From Owenia fusiformis (taxonomy: Eukaryota), in NCBI GenBank assembly GCA_903813345.2, contig CAIIXF020000001.1, forward strand, positions 15,314,001 through 15,378,000: a stretch of 64,000 nucleotides of DNA. The letters are read 5' to 3'. A program made the position numbers and the translations under genes. The notes beneath the pieces were generated by a model that was not told where the DNA came from, did no database searches, and was given only the letters and a program-made list of their open reading frames with translations. Shown here piece after piece: positions 26,101 to 41,100 of the stretch (positions within the stretch are counted from its first letter, which is position 1; the number at the start of each line of letters is the position of its first letter).

Positions 26101-29100
26101 TCATTCAGAGTGAACAAATACATCAAAAATTGACACTTAACTCACCAATTTCTGACTGCACCCCCGATATGTACCTTCTTTCTATACTGGAAACCATAAG
26201 ATGGGAAATTCAATCTTTATGATGAATAGCAACTCGTTGGCTTCCCCATTTACGACAACAAATGACATTTAGGGGTCACTAAGGACAAAATTGTAGCCAA
26301 ATATCGTCAAAATCAAGGGTTTTTGGGGTAAAAAGCGAAAACTGATGATTCAGCAAAAACATTAAATTTGTTCATGAAAATTCCCCTTTTTGCCTCCGTC
26401 CAAAATATGTTTCACACTAATAAACTTCAATTCTGGTTGATTCTGAGTAGTTTTAAAAAATTTTGGTCACTTTCACATGTGACTAATAGGCAAAACTGCC
26501 CTAATTCACGTCACCATACTAGTCAATGGGCAAAAGGGCAAACGCCTGACTTTTTATCTCGAGTTATGGATTTATGTGGCCTCACTGGCCTATCTGAGGT
26601 TCTAAAGCTATGTCTAAGCTACATCTTGACACTAAACTCGATAGGGGCCAATCATCTACTTTTTGAAATAATTGGTCAATTGTGACACTACCCCCTCTCT
26701 CTGCAGACACAAATTGAAATTCACAAAAATGAAGGCAAAATTAATACGCCACTTGACTCGAAATTTTCCTTCAGATAACCCAAATAAACGCATTTTCAGA
26801 AGAAATGGCATGTTGCCATTGCAAAAAGATTACAACTGTGCCTACATACTAGCTTACTGACTCGTCATGATCACATTTGTGTTGGGCCTACATTTATTTT
26901 TGAATACTACTTTTTTCTATTCAGCGGAAGTGACGTATTAGGGCATTTTGGCCTAATAGCCACATGGTTGGATGATTTCTGGCTTTAAATTGCGTTTTTC
27001 CAATTTACTAGAGTTTTTCAAGTAGTTTTGTGCAGTTTAAGAATATTCTGACAGCAATTATGAAAAATATGGCTACTTCATTACCCCTGGGGTCATTTTT
27101 CCAAGAACCCAATGGTTTTCCTTTAAATTTGACTAGTTTTTCATTTACATCATGAAATCCACTGCCTGATGGTGACATTTTTCAGTATCGTGTCAAGAAT
27201 TTGAGTATTTTATTGCATATTGCAATTTTTAGCCAAATCACTGAACCGTGAACCAGAAAATTGGACAAATTTGACCCACTTTTTGGCAAAATCTTACTAA
27301 AATCATCACTTTTTCATACTTTATTCCATTCAACAACCTCCTGATTTGAAAAATGATGACAAATTTGATCAGTTTTGACTCTGGCCTAGAGAATTGGGAC
27401 TTTTGAGATATTTTTAGCTCGAATGTAGTCATTCAGAGTGAACAAATACATCAAAAATTGACACTTAACTCACCAATTTCTGACTGCACCCCCGATATGT
27501 ACCTTCTTTCTATACTGGAAACCATAAGATGGGAAATTCAATCTTTATGATGAATAGCAACTCGTTGGCTTCCCCATTTACGACAACAAATGACATTTAG
27601 GGGTCACTAAGGACAAAATTGTAGCCAAATATCGTCAAAATCAAGGGTTTTTGGGGTAAAAAGCGAAAACTGATGATTCAGCAAAAACATTAAATTTGTT
27701 CATGAAAATTCCCCTTTTTGCCTCCGTCCAAAATATGTTTCACACTAATAAACTTCAATTCTGGTTGATTCTGAGTAGTTTTAAAAAATTTTGGTCACTT
27801 TCACATGTGACTAATAGGCAAAACTGCCCTAATTCACGTCACCATACTAGTCAATGGGCAAAAGGGCAAACGCCTGACTTTTTATCTCGAGTTATGGATT
27901 TATGTGGCCTCACTGGCCTATCTGAGGTTCTAAAGCTATGTCTAAGCTACATCTTGACACTAAACTCGATAGGGGCCAATCATCTACTTTTTGAAATAAT
28001 TGGTCAATTGTGACACTACCCCCTCTCTCTGCAGACACAAATTGAAATTCACAAAAATGAAGGCAAAATTAATACGCCACTTGACTCGAAATTTTCCTTC
28101 AGATAACCCAAATAAACGCATTTTCAGAAGAAATGGCATGTTGCCATTGCAAAAAGATTACAACTGTGCCTACATACTAGCTTACTGACTCGTCATGATC
28201 ACATTTGTGTTGGGCCTACATTTATTTTTGAATACTACTTTTTTCTATTCAGCGGAAGTGACGTATTAGGGCATTTTGGCCTAATAGCCACATGGTTGGA
28301 TGATTTCTGGCTTTAAATTGCGTTTTTCCAATTTACTAGAGTTTTTCAAGTAGTTTTGTGCAGTTTAAGAATATTCTGACAGCAATTATGAAAAATATGG
28401 CTACTTCATTACCCCTGGGGTCATTTTTCCAAGAACCCAATGGTTTTCCTTTAAATTTGACTAGTTTTTCATTTACATCATGAAATCCACTGCCTGATGG
28501 TGACATTTTTCAGTATCGTGTCAAGAATTTGAGTATTTTATTGCATATTGCAATTTTTAGCCAAATCACTGAACCGTGAACCAGAAAATTGGACAAATTT
28601 GACCCACTTTTTGGCAAAATCTTACTAAAATCATCACTTTTTCATACTTTATTCCATTCAACAACCTCCTGATTTGAAAAATGATGACAAATTTGATCAG
28701 TTTTGACTCTGGCCTAGAGAATTGGGACTTTTGAGATATTTTTAGCTCGAATGTAGTCATTCAGAGTGAACAAATACATCAAAAATTGACACTTAACTCA
28801 CCAATTTCTGACTGCACCCCCGATATGTACCTTCTTTCTATACTGGAAACCATAAGATGGGAAATTCAATCTTTATGATGAATAGCAACTCGTTGGCTTC
28901 CCCATTTACGACAACAAATGACATTTAGGGGTCACTAAGGACAAAATTGTAGCCAAATATCGTCAAAATCAAGGGTTTTTGGGGTAAAAAGCGAAAACTG
29001 ATGATTCAGCAAAAACATTAAATTTGTTCATGAAAATTCCCCTTTTTGCCTCCGTCCAAAATATGTTTCACACTAATAAACTTCAATTCTGGTTGATTCT

Positions 29101-32100
29101 GAGTAGTTTTAAAAAATTTTGGTCACTTTCACATGTGACTAATAGGCAAAACTGCCCTAATTCACGTCACCATACTAGTCAATGGGCAAAAGGGCAAACG
29201 CCTGACTTTTTATCTCGAGTTATGGATTTATGTGGCCTCACTGGCCTATCTGAGGTTCTAAAGCTATGTCTAAGCTACATCTTGACACTAAACTCGATAG
29301 GGGCCAATCATCTACTTTTTGAAATAATTGGTCAATTGTGACACTACCCCCTCTCTCTGCAGACACAAATTGAAATTCACAAAAATGAAGGCAAAATTAA
29401 TACGCCACTTGACTCGAAATTTTCCTTCAGATAACCCAAATAAACGCATTTTCAGAAGAAATGGCATGTTGCCATTGCAAAAAGATTACAACTGTGCCTA
29501 CATACTAGCTTACTGACTCGTCATGATCACATTTGTGTTGGGCCTACATTTATTTTTGAATACTACTTTTTTCTATTCAGCGGAAGTGACGTATTAGGGC
29601 ATTTTGGCCTAATAGCCACATGGTTGGATGATTTCTGGCTTTAAATTGCGTTTTTCCAATTTACTAGAGTTTTTCAAGTAGTTTTGTGCAGTTTAAGAAT
29701 ATTCTGACAGCAATTATGAAAAATATGGCTACTTCATTACCCCTGGGGTCATTTTTCCAAGAACCCAATGGTTTTCCTTTAAATTTGACTAGTTTTTCAT
29801 TTACATCATGAAATCCACTGCCTGATGGTGACATTTTTCAGTATCGTGTCAAGAATTTGAGTATTTTATTGCATATTGCAATTTTTAGCCAAATCACTGA
29901 ACCGTGAACCAGAAAATTGGACAAATTTGACCCACTTTTTGGCAAAATCTTACTAAAATCATCACTTTTTCATACTTTATTCCATTCAACAACCTCCTGA
30001 TTTGAAAAATGATGACAAATTTGATCAGTTTTGACTCTGGCCTAGAGAATTGGGACTTTTGAGATATTTTTAGCTCGAATGTAGTCATTCAGAGTGAACA
30101 AATACATCAAAAATTGACACTTAACTCACCAATTTCTGACTGCACCCCCGATATGTACCTTCTTTCTATACTGGAAACCATAAGATGGGAAATTCAATCT
30201 TTATGATGAATAGCAACTCGTTGGCTTCCCCATTTACGACAACAAATGACATTTAGGGGTCACTAAGGACAAAATTGTAGCCAAATATCGTCAAAATCAA
30301 GGGTTTTTGGGGTAAAAAGCGAAAACTGATGATTCAGCAAAAACATTAAATTTGTTCATGAAAATTCCCCTTTTTGCCTCCGTCCAAAATATGTTTCACA
30401 CTAATAAACTTCAATTCTGGTTGATTCTGAGTAGTTTTAAAAAATTTTGGTCACTTTCACATGTGACTAATAGCCACATGGTTGGATGATTTCTGGCTTT
30501 AAATTGCGTTTTTCCAATTTACTAGAGTTTTTCAAGTAGTTTTGTGCAGTTTAAGAATATTCTGACAGCAATTATGAAAAATATGGCTACTTCATTACCC
30601 CTGGGGTCATTTTTCCAAGAACCCAATGGTTTTCCTTTAAATTTGACTAGTTTTTCATTTACATCATGAAATCCACTGCCTGATGGTGACATTTTTCAGT
30701 ATCGTGTCAAGAATTTGAGTATTTTATTGCATATTGCAATTTTTAGCCAAATCACTGAACCGTGAACCAGAAAATTGGACAAATTTGACCCACTTTTTGG
30801 CAAAATCTTACTAAAATCATCACTTTTTCATACTTTATTCCATTCAACAACCTCCTGATTTGAAAAATGATGACAAATTTGATCAGTTTTGACTCTGGCC
30901 TAGAGAATTGGGACTTTTGAGATATTTTTAGCTCGAATGTAGTCATTCAGAGTGAACAAATACATCAAAAATTGACACTTAACTCACCAATTTCTGACTG
31001 CACCCCCGATATGTACCTTCTTTCTATACTGGAAACCATAAGATGGGAAATTCAATCTTTATGATGAATAGCAACTCGTTGGCTTCCCCATTTACGACAA
31101 CAAATGACATTTAGGGGTCACTAAGGACAAAATTGTAGCCAAATATCGTCAAAATCAAGGGTTTTTGGGGTAAAAAGCGAAAACTGATGATTCAGCAAAA
31201 ACATTAAATTTGTTCATGAAAATTCCCCTTTTTGCCTCCGTCCAAAATATGTTTCACACTAATAAACTTCAATTCTGGTTGATTCTGAGTAGTTTTAAAA
31301 AATTTTGGTCACTTTCACATGTGACTAATAGGCAAAACTGCCCTAATTCACGTCACCATACTAGTCAATGGGCAAAAGGGCAAACGCCTGACTTTTTATC
31401 TCGAGTTATGGATTTATGTGGCCTCACTGGCCTATCTGAGGTTCTAAAGCTATGTCTAAGCTACATCTTGACACTAAACTCGATAGGGGCCAATCATCTA
31501 CTTTTTGAAATAATTGGTCAATTGTGACACTACCCCCTCTCTCTGCAGACACAAATTGAAATTCACAAAAATGAAGGCAAAATTAATACGCCACTTGACT
31601 CGAAATTTTCCTTCAGATAACCCAAATAAACGCATTTTCAGAAGAAATGGCATGTTGCCATTGCAAAAAGATTACAACTGTGCCTACATACTAGCTTACT
31701 GACTCGTCATGATCACATTTGTGTTGGGCCTACATTTATTTTTGAATACTACTTTTTTCTATTCAGCGGAAGTGACGTATTAGGGCATTTTGGCCTAATA
31801 GCCACATGGTTGGATGATTTCTGGCTTTAAATTGCGTTTTTCCAATTTACTAGAGTTTTTCAAGTAGTTTTGTGCAGTTTAAGAATATTCTGACAGCAAT
31901 TATGAAAAATATGGCTACTTCATTACCCCTGGGGTCATTTTTCCAAGAACCCAATGGTTTTCCTTTAAATTTGACTAGTTTTTCATTTACATCATGAAAT
32001 CCACTGCCTGATGGTGACATTTTTCAGTATCGTGTCAAGAATTTGAGTATTTTATTGCATATTGCAATTTTTAGCCAAATCACTGAACCGTGAACCAGAA

Positions 32101-35100
32101 AATTGGACAAATTTGACCCACTTTTTGGCAAAATCTTACTAAAATCATCACTTTTTCATACTTTATTCCATTCAACAACCTCCTGATTTGAAAAATGATG
32201 ACAAATTTGATCAGTTTTGACTCTGGCCTAGAGAATTGGGACTTTTGAGATATTTTTAGCTCGAATGTAGTCATTCAGAGTGAACAAATACATCAAAAAT
32301 TGACACTTAACTCACCAATTTCTGACTGCACCCCCGATATGTACCTTCTTTCTATACTGGAAACCATAAGATGGGAAATTCAATCTTTATGATGAATAGC
32401 AACTCGTTGGCTTCCCCATTTACGACAACAAATGACATTTAGGGGTCACTAAGGACAAAATTGTAGCCAAATATCGTCAAAATCAAGGGTTTTTGGGGTA
32501 AAAAGCGAAAACTGATGATTCAGCAAAAACATTAAATTTGTTCATGAAAATTCCCCTTTTTGCCTCCGTCCAAAATATGTTTCACACTAATAAACTTCAA
32601 TTCTGGTTGATTCTGAGTAGTTTTAAAAAATTTTGGTCACTTTCACATGTGACTAATAGGCAAAACTGCCCTAATTCACGTCACCATACTAGTCAATGGG
32701 CAAAAGGGCAAACGCCTGACTTTTTATCTCGAGTTATGGATTTATGTGGCCTCACTGGCCTATCTGAGGTTCTAAAGCTATGTCTAAGCTACATCTTGAC
32801 ACTAAACTCGATAGGGGCCAATCATCTACTTTTTGAAATAATTGGTCAATTGTGACACTACCCCCTCTCTCTGCAGACACAAATTGAAATTCACAAAAAT
32901 GAAGGCAAAATTAATACGCCACTTGACTCGAAATTTTCCTTCAGATAACCCAAATAAACGCATTTTCAGAAGAAATGGCATGTTGCCATTGCAAAAAGAT
33001 TACAACTGTGCCTACATACTAGCTTACTGACTCGTCATGATCACATTTGTGTTGGGCCTACATTTATTTTTGAATACTACTTTTTTCTATTCAGCGGAAG
33101 TGACGTATTAGGGCATTTTGGCCTAATAGCCACATGGTTGGATGATTTCTGGCTTTAAATTGCGTTTTTTCCAATTTACTAGAGTTTTTCAAGTAGTTTT
33201 GTGCAGTTTAAGAATATTCTGACAGCAATTATGAAAAATATGGCTACTTCATTACCCCTGGGGTCATTTTTCCAAGAACCCAATGGTTTTCCTTTAAATT
33301 TGACTAGTTTTTCATTTACATCATGAAATCCACTGCCTGATGGTGACATTTTTCAGTATCGTGTCAAGAATTTGAGTATTTTATTGCATATTGCAATTTT
33401 TAGCCAAATCACTGAACCGTGAACCAGAAAATTGGACAAATTTGACCCACTTTTTGGCAAAATCTTACTAAAATCATCACTTTTTCATACTTTATTCCAT
33501 TCAACAACCTCCTGATTTGAAAAATGATGACAAATTTGATCAGTTTTGACTCTGGCCTAGAGAATTGGGACTTTTGAGATATTTTTAGCTCGAATGTAGT
33601 CATTCAGAGTGAACAAATACATCAAAAATTGACACTTAACTCACCAATTTCTGACTGCACCCCCGATATGTACCTTCTTTCTATACTGGAAACCATAAGA
33701 TGGGAAATTCAATCTTTATGATGAATAGCAACTCGTTGGCTTCCCCATTTACGACAACAAATGACATTTAGGGGTCACTAAGGACAAAATTGTAGCCAAA
33801 TATCGTCAAAATCAAGGGTTTTTGGGGTAAAAAGCGAAAACTGATGATTCAGCAAAAACATTAAATTTGTTCATGAAAATTCCCCTTTTTGCCTCCGTCC
33901 AAAATATGTTTCACACTAATAAACTTCAATTCTGGTTGATTCTGAGTAGTTTTAAAAAATTTTGGTCACTTTCACATGTGACTAATAGGCAAAACTGCCC
34001 TAATTCACGTCACCATACTAGTCAATGGGCAAAAGGGCAAACGCCTGACTTTTTATCTCGAGTTATGGATTTATGTGGCCTCACTGGCCTATCTGAGGTT
34101 CTAAAGCTATGTCTAAGCTACATCTTGACACTAAACTCGATAGGGGCCAATCATCTACTTTTTGAAATAATTGGTCAATTGTGACACTACCCCCTCTCTC
34201 TGCAGACACAAATTGAAATTCACAAAAATGAAGGCAAAATTAATACGCCACTTGACTCGAAATTTTCCTTCAGATAACCCAAATAAACGCATTTTCAGAA
34301 GAAATGGCATGTTGCCATTGCAAAAAGATTACAACTGTGCCTACATACTAGCTTACTGACTCGTCATGATCACATTTGTGTTGGGCCTACATTTATTTTT
34401 GAATACTACTTTTTTCTATTCAGCGGAAGTGACGTATTAGGGCATTTTGGCCTAATAGCCACATGGTTGGATGATTTCTGGCTTTAAATTGCGTTTTTTC
34501 CAATTTACTAGAGTTTTTCAAGTAGTTTTGTGCAGTTTAAGAATATTCTGACAGCAATTATGAAAAATATGGCTACTTCATTACCCCTGGGGTCATTTTT
34601 CCAAGAACCCAATGGTTTTCCTTTAAATTTGACTAGTTTTTCATTTACATCATGAAATCCACTGCCTGATGGTGACATTTTTCAGTATCGTGTCAAGAAT
34701 TTGAGTATTTTATTGCATATTGCAATTTTTAGCCAAATCACTGAACCGTGAACCAGAAAATTGGACAAATTTGACCCACTTTTTGGCAAAATCTTACTAA
34801 AATCATCACTTTTTCATACTTTATTCCATTCAACAACCTCCTGATTTGAAAAATGATGACAAATTTGATCAGTTTTGACTCTGGCCTAGAGAATTGGGAC
34901 TTTTGAGATATTTTTAGCTCGAATGTAGTCATTCAGAGTGAACAAATACATCAAAAATTGACACTTAACTCACCAATTTCTGACTGCACCCCCGATATGT
35001 ACCTTCTTTCTATACTGGAAACCATAAGATGGGAAATTCAATCTTTATGATGAATAGCAACTCGTTGGCTTCCCCATTTACGACAACAAATGACATTTAG

Positions 35101-38100
35101 GGGTCACTAAGGACAAAATTGTAGCCAAATATCGTCAAAATCAAGGGTTTTTGGGGTAAAAAGCGAAAACTGATGATTCAGCAAAAACATTAAATTTGTT
35201 CATGAAAATTCCCCTTTTTGCCTCCGTCCAAAATATGTTTCACACTAATAAACTTCAATTCTGGTTGATTCTGAGTAGTTTTAAAAAATTTTGGTCACTT
35301 TCACATGTGACTAATAGGCAAAACTGCCCTAATTCACGTCACCATACTAGTCAATGGGCAAAAGGGCAAACGCCTGACTTTTTATCTCGAGTTATGGATT
35401 TATGTGGCCTCACTGGCCTATCTGAGGTTCTAAAGCTATGTCTAAGCTACATCTTGACACTAAACTCGATAGGGGCCAATCATCTACTTTTTGAAATAAT
35501 TGGTCAATTGTGACACTACCCCCTCTCTCTGCAGACACAAATTGAAATTCACAAAAATGAAGGCAAAATTAATACGCCACTTGACTCGAAATTTTCCTTC
35601 AGATAACCCAAATAAACGCATTTTCAGAAGAAATGGCATGTTGCCATTGCAAAAAGATTACAACTGTGCCTACATACTAGCTTACTGACTCGTCATGATC
35701 ACATTTGTGTTGGGCCTACATTTATTTTTGAATACTACTTTTTTCTATTCAGCGGAAGTGACGTATTAGGGCATTTTGGCCTAATAGCCACATGGTTGGA
35801 TGATTTCTGGCTTTAAATTGCGTTTTTCCAATTTACTAGAGTTTTTCAAGTAGTTTTGTGCAGTTTAAGAATATTCTGACAGCAATTATGAAAAATATGG
35901 CTACTTCATTACCCCTGGGGTCATTTTTCCAAGAACCCAATGGTTTTCCTTTAAATTTGACTAGTTTTTCATTTACATCATGAAATCCACTGCCTGATGG
36001 TGACATTTTTCAGTATCGTGTCAAGAATTTGAGTATTTTATTGCATATTGCAATTTTTAGCCAAATCACTGAACCGTGAACCAGAAAATTGGACAAATTT
36101 GACCCACTTTTTGGCAAAATCTTACTAAAATCATCACTTTTTCATACTTTATTCCATTCAACAACCTCCTGATTTGAAAAATGATGACAAATTTGATCAG
36201 TTTTGACTCTGGCCTAGAGAATTGGGACTTTTGAGATATTTTTAGCTCGAATGTAGTCATTCAGAGTGAACAAATACATCAAAAATTGACACTTAACTCA
36301 CCAATTTCTGACTGCACCCCCGATATGTACCTTCTTTCTATACTGGAAACCATAAGATGGGAAATTCAATCTTTATGATGAATAGCAACTCGTTGGCTTC
36401 CCCATTTACGACAACAAATGACATTTAGGGGTCACTAAGGACAAAATTGTAGCCAAATATCGTCAAAATCAAGGGTTTTTGGGGTAAAAAGCGAAAACTG
36501 ATGATTCAGCAAAAACATTAAATTTGTTCATGAAAATTCCCCTTTTTGCCTCCGTCCAAAATATGTTTCACACTAATAAACTTCAATTCTGGTTGATTCT
36601 GAGTAGTTTTAAAAAATTTTGGTCACTTTCACATGTGACTAATAGCCACATGGTTGGATGATTTCTGGCTTTAAATTGCGTTTTTTCCAATTTACTAGAG
36701 TTTTTCAAGTAGTTTTGTGCAGTTTAAGAATATTCTGACAGCAATTATGAAAAATATGGCTACTTCATTACCCCTGGGGTCATTTTTCCAAGAACCCAAT
36801 GGTTTTCCTTTAAATTTGACTAGTTTTTCATTTACATCATGAAATCCACTGCCTGATGGTGACATTTTTCAGTATCGTGTCAAGAATTTGAGTATTTTAT
36901 TGCATATTGCAATTTTTAGCCAAATCACTGAACCGTGAACCAGAAAATTGGACAAATTTGACCCACTTTTTGGCAAAATCTTACTAAAATCATCACTTTT
37001 TCATACTTTATTCCATTCAACAACCTCCTGATTTGAAAAATGATGACAAATTTGATCAGTTTTGACTCTGGCCTAGAGAATTGGGACTTTTGAGATATTT
37101 TTAGCTCGAATGTAGTCATTCAGAGTGAACAAATACATCAAAAATTGACACTTAACTCACCAATTTCTGACTGCACCCCCGATATGTACCTTCTTTCTAT
37201 ACTGGAAACCATAAGATGGGAAATTCAATCTTTATGATGAATAGCAACTCGTTGGCTTCCCCATTTACGACAACAAATGACATTTAGGGGTCACTAAGGA
37301 CAAAATTGTAGCCAAATATCGTCAAAATCAAGGGTTTTTGGGGTAAAAAGCGAAAACTGATGATTCAGCAAAAACATTAAATTTGTTCATGAAAATTCCC
37401 CTTTTTGCCTCCGTCCAAAATATGTTTCACACTAATAAACTTCAATTCTGGTTGATTCTGAGTAGTTTTAAAAAATTTTGGTCACTTTCACATGTGACTA
37501 ATAGCCACATGGTTGGATGATTTCTGGCTTTAAATTGCGTTTTTCCAATTTACTAGAGTTTTTCAAGTAGTTTTGTGCAGTTTAAGAATATTCTGACAGC
37601 AATTATGAAAAATATGGCTACTTCATTACCCCTGGGGTCATTTTTCCAAGAACCCAATGGTTTTCCTTTAAATTTGACTAGTTTTTCATTTACATCATGA
37701 AATCCACTGCCTGATGGTGACATTTTTCAGTATCGTGTCAAGAATTTGAGTATTTTATTGCATATTGCAATTTTTAGCCAAATCACTGAACCGTGAACCA
37801 GAAAATTGGACAAATTTGACCCACTTTTTGGCAAAATCTTACTAAAATCATCACTTTTTCATACTTTATTCCATTCAACAACCTCCTGATTTGAAAAATG
37901 ATGACAAATTTGATCAGTTTTGACTCTGGCCTAGAGAATTGGGACTTTTGAGATATTTTTAGCTCGAATGTAGTCATTCAGAGTGAACAAATACATCAAA
38001 AATTGACACTTAACTCACCAATTTCTGACTGCACCCCCGATATGTACCTTCTTTCTATACTGGAAACCATAAGATGGGAAATTCAATCTTTATGATGAAT

Positions 38101-41100
38101 AGCAACTCGTTGGCTTCCCCATTTACGACAACAAATGACATTTAGGGGTCACTAAGGACAAAATTGTAGCCAAATATCGTCAAAATCAAGGGTTTTTGGG
38201 GTAAAAAGCGAAAACTGATGATTCAGCAAAAACATTAAATTTGTTCATGAAAATTCCCCTTTTTGCCTCCGTCCAAAATATGTTTCACACTAATAAACTT
38301 CAATTCTGGTTGATTCTGAGTAGTTTTAAAAATTTTGGTCACTTTCACATGTGACTAATAGGCAAAACTGCCCTAATTCACGTCACCATACTAGTCAATG
38401 GGCAAAAGGGCAAACGCCTGACTTTTTATCTCGAGTTATGGATTTATGTGGCCTCACTGGCCTATCTGAGGTTCTAAAGCTATGTCTAAGCTACATCTTG
38501 ACACTAAACTCGATAGGGGCCAATCATCTACTTTTTGAAATAATTGGTCAATTGTGACACTACCCCCTCTCTCTGCAGACACAAATTGAAATTCACAAAA
38601 ATGAAGGCAAAATTAATACGCCACTTGACTCGAAATTTTCCTTCAGATAACCCAAATAAACGCATTTTCAGAAGAAATGGCATGTTGCCATTGCAAAAAG
38701 ATTACAACTGTGCCTACATACTAGCTTACTGACTCGTCATGATCACATTTGTGTTGGGCCTACATTTATTTTTGAATACTACTTTTTTCTATTCAGCGGA
38801 AGTGACGTATTAGGGCATTTTGGCCTAATAGCCACATGGTTGGATGATTTCTGGCTTTAAATTGCGTTTTTTCCAATTTACTAGAGTTTTTCAAGTAGTT
38901 TTGTGCAGTTTAAGAATATTCTGACAGCAATTATGAAAAATATGGCTACTTCATTACCCCTGGGGTCATTTTTCCAAGAACCCAATGGTTTTCCTTTAAA
39001 TTTGACTAGTTTTTCATTTACATCATGAAATCCACTGCCTGATGGTGACATTTTTCAGTATCGTGTCAAGAATTTGAGTATTTTATTGCATATTGCAATT
39101 TTTAGCCAAATCACTGAACCGTGAACCAGAAAATTGGACAAATTTGACCCACTTTTTGGCAAAATCTTACTAAAATCATCACTTTTTCATACTTTATTCC
39201 ATTCAACAACCTCCTGATTTGAAAAATGATGACAAATTTGATCAGTTTTGACTCTGGCCTAGAGAATTGGGACTTTTGAGATATTTTTAGCTCGAATGTA
39301 GTCATTCAGAGTGAACAAATACATCAAAAATTGACACTTAACTCACCAATTTCTGACTGCACCCCCGATATGTACCTTCTTTCTATACTGGAAACCATAA
39401 GATGGGAAATTCAATCTTTATGATGAATAGCAACTCGTTGGCTTCCCCATTTACGACAACAAATGACATTTAGGGGTCACTAAGGACAAAATTGTAGCCA
39501 AATATCGTCAAAATCAAGGGTTTTTGGGGTAAAAAGCGAAAACTGATGATTCAGCAAAAACATTAAATTTGTTCATGAAAATTCCCCTTTTTGCCTCCGT
39601 CCAAAATATGTTTCACACTAATAAACTTCAATTCTGGTTGATTCTGAGTAGTTTTAAAAAATTTTGGTCACTTTCACATGTGACTAATAGGCAAAACTGC
39701 CCTAATTCACGTCACCATACTAGTCAATGGGCAAAAGGGCAAACGCCTGACTTTTTATCTCGAGTTATGGATTTATGTGGCCTCACTGGCCTATCTGAGG
39801 TTCTAAAGCTATGTCTAAGCTACATCTTGACACTAAACTCGATAGGGGCCAATCATCTACTTTTTGAAATAATTGGTCAATTGTGACACTACCCCCTCTC
39901 TCTGCAGACACAAATTGAAATTCACAAAAATGAAGGCAAAATTAATACGCCACTTGACTCGAAATTTTCCTTCAGATAACCCAAATAAACGCATTTTCAG
40001 AAGAAATGGCATGTTGCCATTGCAAAAAGATTACAACTGTGCCTACATACTAGCTTACTGACTCGTCATGATCACATTTGTGTTGGGCCTACATTTATTT
40101 TTGAATACTACTTTTTTCTATTCAGCGGAAGTGACGTATTAGGGCATTTTGGCCTAATAGCCACATGGTTGGATGATTTCTGGCTTTAAATTGCGTTTTT
40201 CCAATTTACTAGAGTTTTTCAAGTAGTTTTGTGCAGTTTAAGAATATTCTGACAGCAATTATGAAAAATATGGCTACTTCATTACCCCTGGGGTCATTTT
40301 TCCAAGAACCCAATGGTTTTCCTTTAAATTTGACTAGTTTTTCATTTACATCATGAAATCCACTGCCTGATGGTGACATTTTTCAGTATCGTGTCAAGAA
40401 TTTGAGTATTTTATTGCATATTGCAATTTTTAGCCAAATCACTGAACCGTGAACCAGAAAATTGGACAAATTTGACCCACTTTTTGGCAAAATCTTACTA
40501 AAATCATCACTTTTTCATACTTTATTCCATTCAACAACCTCCTGATTTGAAAAATGATGACAAATTTGATCAGTTTTGACTCTGGCCTAGAGAATTGGGA
40601 CTTTTGAGATATTTTTAGCTCGAATGTAGTCATTCAGAGTGAACAAATACATCAAAAATTGACACTTAACTCACCAATTTCTGACTGCACCCCCGATATG
40701 TACCTTCTTTCTATACTGGAAACCATAAGATGGGAAATTCAATCTTTATGATGAATAGCAACTCGTTGGCTTCCCCATTTACGACAACAAATGACATTTA
40801 GGGGTCACTAAGGACAAAATTGTAGCCAAATATCGTCAAAATCAAGGGTTTTTGGGGTAAAAAGCGAAAACTGATGATTCAGCAAAAACATTAAATTTGT
40901 TCATGAAAATTCCCCTTTTTGCCTCCGTCCAAAATATGTTTCACACTAATAAACTTCAATTCTGGTTGATTCTGAGTAGTTTTAAAAAATTTTGGTCACT
41001 TTCACATGTGACTAATAGGCAAAACTGCCCTAATTCACGTCACCATACTAGTCAATGGGCAAAAGGGCAAACGCCTGACTTTTTATCTCGAGTTATGGAT